Part shown: positions 17,991-26,957 of the stretch, piece by piece | Numbering within the stretch: the stretch's first letter is position 1 | How the letters are laid out: every line of letters begins with the position of its first letter | Assembly: GCA_016189835.1 (NCBI GenBank) | Contig: JACPRU010000078.1 | Span: 8,275-72,274 of the forward strand | Length of the DNA: 64,000 bases | Direction: 5' to 3' | From: Deltaproteobacteria bacterium | GTDB taxonomy: Bacteria; Desulfobacterota; Binatia; JACPRU01 | The notes under the pieces: model-generated | Told to the model about the DNA's origin: nothing | What the model saw: only the letters and a program-made list of their open reading frames with translations | Databases searched by the model: none | Made by a program: the position numbers and the translations under genes

Positions 17991-19030
17991 CGCAGCCCGA
18001 TCTCCCGATCGACCACCCGCTCGGCGACCGCCAGCTCGGCTTCGTCGCGACCGCCCGCGAGCTGGGCGAGCGTGCGAACGTCGCGCATGTACTTCTCCAC
18101 GGGATGGTCCTTCATGAAGCCGTGACCGCCGAGCACCTGGACGGCGTTCGGTCCCACGAACAGCGCCTGCTCCGCGGCCTCGGCGAACGCGCACGCGCAT
18201 TCCCACGCGGCGCCTCCGCGGTCGGCGGCGGACGCCGCGCGCCACACCGCCAGGCGCGCGGCGTCCACCGCGGTGGTCAGGTCGGTGAGCAGGAACGCCA
18301 GCGCCTGATGGTGGGCGATCGGCCGACCGAATGCCGTGCGCTCCATCGCATAGCGGGTGGCGTAGTCGCGCGCCGCGCGCGCCACGCCGACCAGCAGCGC
18401 CGCGACGTGCAGCCGGATCCGGCCGAGCGCCCGCGCGACGGCCTCGGGGTCGTCCACCCGCCCTGCCACTGGCGCGGCGCTCAGCCGCAGCGCCGAAGCC
18501 CCCGCGGCTTCGAGCCCGCAGGGCCGAACGGGCTCGAGGTCGATCCGCTCGCTCACCCACAGCGCGCGGCGCGGCTGCAGGATCAGCACGGCGTCGAGAC
18601 GATCGGCCGGCACCCAGTCGGTCGTCCCCGACACCCGCCGTCCGCCGGTCGTGAAGCGCTCCGCGGCGTCCACCACCGCCGCCACCCGCCGCCCGGCGCC
18701 GCCGACCGCGCGCGCGAGCATCTCGCTGCCGGACTCGATCGCCAGATGGGCGGCGAGGCCTGCTGGATCGAGCGCCAGGGCCGCTCCCGCGTCGGTCGCA
18801 CCCAGCTCCTCGAGGACCAGCGCGTGAGCGAGCGCCCCCGGACCGCCGGGCGCCCCGAGGTCCCGGGTGGAGAGCCCGAGGCGCGCGAACTCCTCGATCA
18901 GCCCCTCGTCGAGCCCGCGGCGGCGTTCGTGCTCGCGGCAGCGGGGCGCCAGCCGCTCGGCGGCGAACCGCCGCGCCGTGTCCTGGATCAACCGTTGTTC
19001 TTCCGAGAGCCCGATCTCGAACACGCGCAT
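17987..19030 (-). CDS. acyl-CoA dehydrogenase-like protein, shorter paralogue (probable partner subunit)
   Basis: 347 aa from ATG 19030 (GGAGA SD). YAMERTAFGRPIAHHQALAFLLTDL is ACAD C-domain-like. The ATGA overlap with the downstream ACAD start indicates coupling. Confidence 0.7.
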   Translation of the reverse strand: MRVFEIGLSEEQRLIQDTARRFAAERLAPRCREHERRRGLDEGLIEEFARLGLSTRDLGAPGGPGALAHALVLEELGATDAGAALALDPAGLAAHLAIESGSEMLARAVGGAGRRVAAVVDAAERFTTGGRRVSGTTDWVPADRLDAVLILQPRRALWVSERIDLEPVRPCGLEAAGASALRLSAAPVAGRVDDPEAVARALGRIRLHVAALLVGVARAARDYATRYAMERTAFGRPIAHHQALAFLLTDLTTAVDAARLAVWRAASAADRGGAAWECACAFAEAAEQALFVGPNAVQVLGGHGFMKDHPVEKYMRDVRTLAQLAGGRDEAELAVAERVVDREIGLR

Positions 19031-19348
19031 TCTCCGGCGTGGATCCGTTCCGCGCCCTGCCCGCATCCGCCGCGTTCCCGACGAACAGTTGATGGATCTC
19101 CACGAGAAGCGCAAGCGGCGAACCATCTGCGAGACCGCGGGCGGGACTGCGCGGGTCGCGCCCGTGCCCGGCACCCGGGGGCTGCGACGACGCGGGGCGC
19201 CGGCTCGTTCCACACGGCGCGAGCGTGCGGCGCAGAGTGGGACGCCGGCTTGCGGCGCGTGCTCGGGGCGCGGGCCCTTCCCTCGCCGCACCCGGCGGGG
19301 CTACAAGCGGAGAGCCGCTCTCGCCGGAGGCGGCCGGAGGGCCTGCGC

Positions 19349-20866
19349 ATGAGCCGTCCCAGCTACGAGCGCCTGAGCTTCCTCGACAACTCGTTTCTCG
19401 TCATGGAAGGGCCGTCGAGCCCGATGCACGTCGCCGCCACGGCCACGTTCGAGACCGGCTCGCTGCGCGGCGCGGAGGACGGCCTCGACATCGACCGCAT
19501 TCGCGCCTACGTGAGCTCGCGGCTGCACTTCATCCCGCGCTACCGGCAGCGCCTCGCCTTCGTTCCGCTCGAGAACCATCCGGTATGGGTCGACGACGAG
19601 CACTTCAACATCCACTACCACGTGCGCCACGCCGCGCTGCCGCGGCCGGGAGACGAGCGGCAGCTGAAGCGCCTGGCCGCGCGCATCATGAGCCAGCACC
19701 TCGACCGCTCCAAGCCGCTCTGGGAGATCTGGGTGGTGGAGGGCCTCGAGGGCGGGCACCGCTTCGCGCTGGTCTCGAAGATCCATCACTGCATGGTGGA
19801 CGGTCTATCGAGCGTCGATCTGCTGAACGTGCTCCTGCAGCCCGATCCAGTCGAGGACTTCGAGCCGCCCGCCGAGTGGGCTCCGCGCCCGGCGCCGACC
19901 GCGCTCGAGTTGTTCACGGACGCGCTCGGCCGCTGGGCCGCCGCGCCGTTCGCCATCGGCCGCAACCTCCGGGACCTCGCCCGGCAGGCCGGCGACCCGC
20001 GCTCGGACCTGCGGGCGCGGCTGCGCGCGGCGCGCGACCTGCTGGCCTCCAACCTGCAGCGCCCCTCCCCCACCCCGCTGAATCGGCCGATCGGGCCGCA
20101 CCGTCGCTTCGACTGGCTGGCTCTCGATCTCGCCACGGTGAAGCAAGTGAAGAACCGCCTCGGCGGCACGCTGAACGACGTCGTGCTCGCCACCGTTGCC
20201 GGGGCCCTGCGGCGGTTTCTGGCGCGGCGCCGGGTGCCGACCGACCGCCTCGACTTTCGCGTGATGGCGCCGGTCAGCGTGCGCGGCGACGAGGATCGCG
20301 GCCAGCTCGGCAACCGCATTTCGGCATGGATGGTGCCGATGCCGCTCGCCGAGCCCGACCCGCGCCGGCGGCTCGGCATCATCCGCGCGACCACCGCCCG
20401 GCTCAAGGAGACCAAGCAGGCGCTCGGCGCCGAGGCGCTGACCGCGGTCGGCGAGTGGACGCCGTCGACGCTGCTCTCGCTCGGCGCCCAGCTCGCGACG
20501 CGCCGCCTGCCGTTCAACCTGGTGGTCACCAACGTTCCCGGCCCGCAGGTGCCGCTGTACCTGCTCGGCGCCCGCATGCTCGACACCTACGGCCTCGTGC
20601 CGCTCACCGACAACCTCTGCCTCGGCGTCGTGCTGTTCAGCTACGCCGGCCGGCTCTGCTGGGGATTCACCGCGGACTGGGACCTGCTCCCCGATCTGCA
20701 CGACTTCGTCCTCGACGTCGACGCCGCGTTCGCCGAGCTGGCCGCTCTCGATCCCGTCGAGGCGGAGAGCGAGAGACCGCGGCGCGCGATCCCGCGCTCC
20801 AAGCGCGGCCTGCGCGTCACGGCACCCGCCGCGAAGACGCGCGGCGCCACGCCGTCGGCGCGCTGA
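19349..20866 (+). CDS. WS/DGAT wax ester synthase / diacylglycerol acyltransferase
   Basis: 505 aa. ATG 19349 lies 8 nt after GGAGG. The catalytic HHCMVDG (HHxxxDG) motif and NVPGP motif are present. Confidence 0.85.
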   Translation: MSRPSYERLSFLDNSFLVMEGPSSPMHVAATATFETGSLRGAEDGLDIDRIRAYVSSRLHFIPRYRQRLAFVPLENHPVWVDDEHFNIHYHVRHAALPRPGDERQLKRLAARIMSQHLDRSKPLWEIWVVEGLEGGHRFALVSKIHHCMVDGLSSVDLLNVLLQPDPVEDFEPPAEWAPRPAPTALELFTDALGRWAAAPFAIGRNLRDLARQAGDPRSDLRARLRAARDLLASNLQRPSPTPLNRPIGPHRRFDWLALDLATVKQVKNRLGGTLNDVVLATVAGALRRFLARRRVPTDRLDFRVMAPVSVRGDEDRGQLGNRISAWMVPMPLAEPDPRRRLGIIRATTARLKETKQALGAEALTAVGEWTPSTLLSLGAQLATRRLPFNLVVTNVPGPQVPLYLLGARMLDTYGLVPLTDNLCLGVVLFSYAGRLCWGFTADWDLLPDLHDFVLDVDAAFAELAALDPVEAESERPRRAIPRSKRGLRVTAPAAKTRGATPSAR

Positions 20867-20902
20867 GCGCGCGGCGGCGGCGGCCGTGGCGGGCGCCGAG
20901 CG

Positions 20903-21025
20903 TCAGTCGAGCGCGGCGGCGATCGCCTTCGCCATCTCGATCGTCCGCGCCGAGCCCCCCAGGTCGCGGGTGACGGCCTTGCGCTTGACTTCCGGGCCGA
21001 TGCCGTCGCCGGGAAGCACCGCCAC
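20903..21025 (-). pseudogene. collapsed in-frame remnant of an isopropylmalate/isocitrate dehydrogenase-family gene (40 codons)
   Basis: The minus-strand ORF GTG 21025..TGA 20903 encodes VAVLPGDGIGPEVKRKAVTRDLGGSARTIEMAKAIAAALD. That is the family N-terminal motif (LPGDGIGPEV) joined directly to the C-terminal motif (TRDLGG...). It begins 2 nt after the parE stop. Confidence 0.55.
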
Positions 21026-21026
21026 C

Positions 21027-22946
21027 CTATACGTCGAGCGCTTCGACCTTCGGTGCCCGTTCCATGATCAGCTCGAAGCGCGGCTGCACGTCGCGACCCA
21101 TCAGCCGCTGCAGGGTCTCGTCGGTCGCGTCCGCGTCGCCGACCGCGACGCGCAGCAGCGTCCGGCGCGCGGGGTCGAGCGTGGTCTCCTTCAGCGTCTG
21201 CGGGTTCATCTCGCCGAGCCCCTTGAAGCGGGTCACCGAGACCGGCTTGCCGTCGGCGCGCGCGAGCAGCCGATCCTTCGCCGCGTCGTCGAGCGCCCAG
21301 TGCGTCTCCTTGCCGACGTCGACGCGATAGAGCGGCGGCTGCGCGATGTAGACGTAGCCGCCGACGACCAGCTCGCGAAGATGGCGATAGAAGAACGTGA
21401 GCAGCAGCGTGCAGATGTGGTTGCCGTCGGAGTCGGCGTCCATCAACAGGCAGATCTTGTGGTAGCGCAGCTTGGCGAGGTCGAAGCTCTTGCCCGCGCC
21501 GCAGCCGAGCGCCGACACCAGGTCCGAGAGCTCCTTGTTGGAGAGCACCTTCTCGGTCGAGGCTTGCTCGGCGTTCAGCACCTTGCCGCGCAGCGGCAGG
21601 ATCGCCTGGAAGGAGCGGTCGCGGCCCTGCTTCGCCGAGCCGCCCGCCGAGTCGCCCTCGACGATGAAGATCTCGCACTCGGCGGGGTCGGTGGAGCTGC
21701 AGTCGGCGAGCTTGCCGGGCAGGTTCAGGCGGTGCGACACCGCGCCCTTGCGCGTCACCTGCTGCGCGGCGCGCGAGGCGCTGCGCGCCTTGGCGGCGAG
21801 CACGACGCGCGCCGCGATCGCGTCGCCGAGGCTGCGGTTGGCGAGCAGCTGGTTCTCGAGCGCCGTGCGCACCGCGCCGTCCACCACCGCCTGCGTCTCG
21901 GGATTGTTCAACCGCTCCTTGGTCTGCCCCTGGAATTGCGGCGCCGTCAGGTAGCAGGAGAGAATCGCCACCACGCCCTCGCGCACGTCCTCCGGGGCGA
22001 TCGACAAGCCTCTCGGCACGAGGTTGTGGATCTCGAGGTAGTTGCGCACGGCCTTGACCAGCGCCGACTTCAGCCCGGTCTCGTGCGTGCCCCCGGAGGT
22101 CGTCGGGATGCTGTTCACGAACGAGAGAAACGTCTCGTCGGTCGCTTCCGTCCAGGCGAGCACGCACTCCAGCTCGGGCAGCGCGCCGTGCTCCGCCTCC
22201 TGCATGCGCTCGACGGAGAATACCTCGCCCCCGATCGGCTGGAGGCCGCGCTCGGCGAGCAGCTTGCCGAGATAGGCGCGGATCCCGTCCTCGTAGCGGT
22301 AGGTGCGGCTCCCGCCGCGCGCCTCCTCGGCGAACGTCACGGTGAGGCCGCGGTGCAGGTAGGCCTTGGCCTCGAGGCGCTCGGCGATCAGCCGGGGATC
22401 GAACTCGACCTGCGGGAAGATCTCGCGATCGGGGCGAAAGAAGATCGTCGTGCCGCTGCCGCGCGCCGCCCCCACGCGGCGCAGCTTCGACTTCGCCTTC
22501 CCCCGCGAGAACGTCTGCTGCCACTCGGCGCCATCGCGCCGCACGGTCGCCGTCATCTCTTCGGAGAGCGCCGTCACCACGGAGGCGCCGACGCCGTGCA
22601 GCCCGCCGGAATGCACGTAGCTCTTGGCCTCGAACTTGCCGCCGGCGTGAAGCGTGGTGAGGATCAGCTCGAGGGCGGGCTTCTTGTACTTGTCGTGAAC
22701 GTCGACGGGGATGCCGCGGCCGTTGTCGGTCACGGTCGCCGACGCTCCGTCGCGGTGCACGGTCACGCCGATGCGGTCGGCGTAGCCGTTGATCGCCTCG
22801 TCGACGGCGTTGTCGACGATCTCCCAGAGCAGATGGTGCAGCCCCGCGGAGTCGACCCCGCCGATGTACATGCCCGGCCGCTTGCGCACCGGCTCCAGGC
22901 CCTCGAGGACCGTGATGTCCTTCGCGGTGTATTTCGACTTGGCCAT
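21027..22946 (-). CDS. parE: type IIA DNA topoisomerase subunit B (topo IV ParE-like)
   Basis: 639 aa from ATG 22946. LEGLEPVRKRPGMYIGG, DNGRGIPV, the EGDSAGGSAKQGRDR Toprim motif and PLRGKVLN are present. Short form without the GyrB insertion. Confidence 0.8.
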   Translation of the reverse strand: MAKSKYTAKDITVLEGLEPVRKRPGMYIGGVDSAGLHHLLWEIVDNAVDEAINGYADRIGVTVHRDGASATVTDNGRGIPVDVHDKYKKPALELILTTLHAGGKFEAKSYVHSGGLHGVGASVVTALSEEMTATVRRDGAEWQQTFSRGKAKSKLRRVGAARGSGTTIFFRPDREIFPQVEFDPRLIAERLEAKAYLHRGLTVTFAEEARGGSRTYRYEDGIRAYLGKLLAERGLQPIGGEVFSVERMQEAEHGALPELECVLAWTEATDETFLSFVNSIPTTSGGTHETGLKSALVKAVRNYLEIHNLVPRGLSIAPEDVREGVVAILSCYLTAPQFQGQTKERLNNPETQAVVDGAVRTALENQLLANRSLGDAIAARVVLAAKARSASRAAQQVTRKGAVSHRLNLPGKLADCSSTDPAECEIFIVEGDSAGGSAKQGRDRSFQAILPLRGKVLNAEQASTEKVLSNKELSDLVSALGCGAGKSFDLAKLRYHKICLLMDADSDGNHICTLLLTFFYRHLRELVVGGYVYIAQPPLYRVDVGKETHWALDDAAKDRLLARADGKPVSVTRFKGLGEMNPQTLKETTLDPARRTLLRVAVGDADATDETLQRLMGRDVQPRFELIMERAPKVEALDV

Positions 22947-22990
22947 CGTTCCGACGAGGTGCGACCGCAGGCGGCCCGCGGCCGATTCCT

Positions 22991-25273
<2,283 letters not shown>

Positions 25274-25312
25274 CTTGGCTGGCGTTTACCGAGAAGGAAG
25301 GCCTTTTTCTAC

Positions 25313-25879
25313 ATGCCGGGTTTTGTTAGCGTGCGAAACACGATGCGGCGACGTGCACGACGGCTGCTCGCCGGTCTCGCGACGGCGGCGGTTTCGGTCG
25401 CGGGCCGTGCGCGCGCCGACTCGATGACGCTGGCCAGCGACGCGTTCCAGGACGGCAAGCCGATTCCCGTCGAGTACACCTGCGACGGAGCCGACCATTC
25501 GCCGCCGCTCCACTGGGAAGGCGCCCCGCGGGGCACGCGGGCGTTCGCGGTCGTCGTCGACGATCCGGACGCCCCGTCCGGGAACTGGAATCACTGGCTG
25601 CTCTACAACGTGCCGGCCGGCGCCAAGGCGCTGGGCGCGAAGGTGCCGACCGCACCCGCGCTCGGTGACGGCTCGCGCCAAGGCACGAACGACTTCGGGC
25701 GCATCGGCTACGGCGGGCCCTGCCCGCCGCCTGGCTCGCCGCATCGCTACGTCTTCCGCGTCTACGCGCTCTCGGCGCCGCTCGAGTTGCAGCCCGGCGC
25801 CAAGCGCGCGGCGGTGCTCGAGGCGATCCGCGACAAGAGGATCGGCCAGACCGAGCTGACCGGCCGCTACGGCCGTTAG
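25313..25879 (+). CDS. YbhB/YbcL (PEBP/Raf-kinase-inhibitor-like) family periplasmic protein
   Basis: It is the tail of ORF 23762..25879, whose first ~500 codons are antisense to parC and spurious. YTCDGADHSPPLHW, DDPDAP and GYGGPCPPPGSPHRYVF motifs are present. The start could be ATG 25313 or ATG 25343. Confidence 0.75.
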   Translation: MPGFVSVRNTMRRRARRLLAGLATAAVSVAGRARADSMTLASDAFQDGKPIPVEYTCDGADHSPPLHWEGAPRGTRAFAVVVDDPDAPSGNWNHWLLYNVPAGAKALGAKVPTAPALGDGSRQGTNDFGRIGYGGPCPPPGSPHRYVFRVYALSAPLELQPGAKRAAVLEAIRDKRIGQTELTGRYGR

Positions 25880-25884
25880 CCTTG

Positions 25885-25942
25885 AAAAAAGGGGTCGGGA
25901 GTCTTTTCCCGCGGGCGGGAAAAGACTCCCGACCCCTTTTTT
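25885..25942. repeat. REP-like palindromic element, most complete copy (bidirectional intrinsic terminator)
   Basis: AAAAAAGGGGTCGGGAGTCTTTTCCCGC (25885-25912) is the perfect complement of GCGGGAAAAGACTCCCGACCCCTTTTTT (25915-25942). An A6/T6 run is on each side. It lies between convergent genes. Confidence 0.85.
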
Positions 25943-25952
25943 GGGCCCCTCC

Positions 25953-26957
25953 TCACCAGCCGGCCGAGTTCCGGTACGTCAGCCAGAGCGCGGTGCCGTA
26001 TGCGACGAGCATCAGCAGGCTGTCGGGCTCCAGCATCGCGAAGCGACGCTTGGCCCGGTAGACGATGGCGGCCAGACCCAAGCTCATGAGCACCACTGCG
26101 AACAGGCCCGAGAGGGCGTGATTGGGATCAAGCGACGCGAACAGGTCGTTCGGCTGGACGAGGTCCAGCGGGAAAAAGACGGCCATGTTGAACGCGTTCG
26201 ACCCGAAGAGGTTGCCCACCGCGAGGTCGAACGCGCCCATCCGGACTGCGGCGAGGCAGGACACGAGTTCCGGGAGCGATGTCGCGAGTCCGAGGAGCCA
26301 GGTGCCGACGAAGGTGTTCCCGAGGCCGCTGATCTGCGCGATGCCCTTCGCTGACCACGCGAAGGCCGGCGCCGCCGCGAGCACGACAAGAGCCGCCACC
26401 GTGAACCCGAGCGCGGCGCGACGGAGAGACCGGGCCTGTTCGGCCCCTTCGCCCGCGGCCGCGGACCGAGGCGTGGGCGCCGCGCCCGCACGCACGGCGT
26501 GCCGATACACGGCGCGCGTCCCGGCCAGATAGGCGAGGAACAGGACCACCGAGCCGGGACCGACCCACGACCGTGATGCCCCGGGACCGACGACGACCAA
26601 CACCGCCGCCAGCGCATTGAGCGAAATGGCCAGACTCGCGGCGAGCGCGTGGTCGAGCGCCGCGTGCCGGAGTACTTGCTTGTGCGGCGGCACGAGGTCG
26701 ATGACCGCGAGAATGAGCATGTTGGCCATGCTCGAGCCGAAGAGGTCGCCGACGGCGAGGTCGGTCGCGCCGAGCCGGACCGCCGCGACGTCGGTCGCCA
26801 GCTCCGGCAGTGATGTCGCCCCAGCCAGCAGCACGGAGCCGATCCACAAGCGACCCAGCTTCGTGGCTTCCGCGATGGCGTCGGCATGACGAGCGAGCGC
26901 GGTACCGGCGAGCACCACGACGACCCCGCTGGCCACGAAGGCGAGCACGTAGGTCAT
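25953..26957 (-). CDS. CaCA-family sodium/calcium exchanger membrane protein
   Basis: 334 aa from ATG 26957. Duplicated alpha-repeat motifs GATSLPELATDVAAV and LATSLPELVSCLAAV. The ATGA overlap with the upstream P-type ATPase stop suggests coupling. Confidence 0.8.
   Translation of the reverse strand: MTYVLAFVASGVVVVLAGTALARHADAIAEATKLGRLWIGSVLLAGATSLPELATDVAAVRLGATDLAVGDLFGSSMANMLILAVIDLVPPHKQVLRHAALDHALAASLAISLNALAAVLVVVGPGASRSWVGPGSVVLFLAYLAGTRAVYRHAVRAGAAPTPRSAAAGEGAEQARSLRRAALGFTVAALVVLAAAPAFAWSAKGIAQISGLGNTFVGTWLLGLATSLPELVSCLAAVRMGAFDLAVGNLFGSNAFNMAVFFPLDLVQPNDLFASLDPNHALSGLFAVVLMSLGLAAIVYRAKRRFAMLEPDSLLMLVAYGTALWLTYRNSAGW

Noticed and set aside
17991-19103. Upstream extension of ORF 16803..19103 (-), implying a 766-aa ACAD
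   Set aside because: The extension is Arg/Gly/Ala junk in a frame different from the real second ACAD (17987..19030). A good ATG at 17990 gives a normal 395-aa ACAD.
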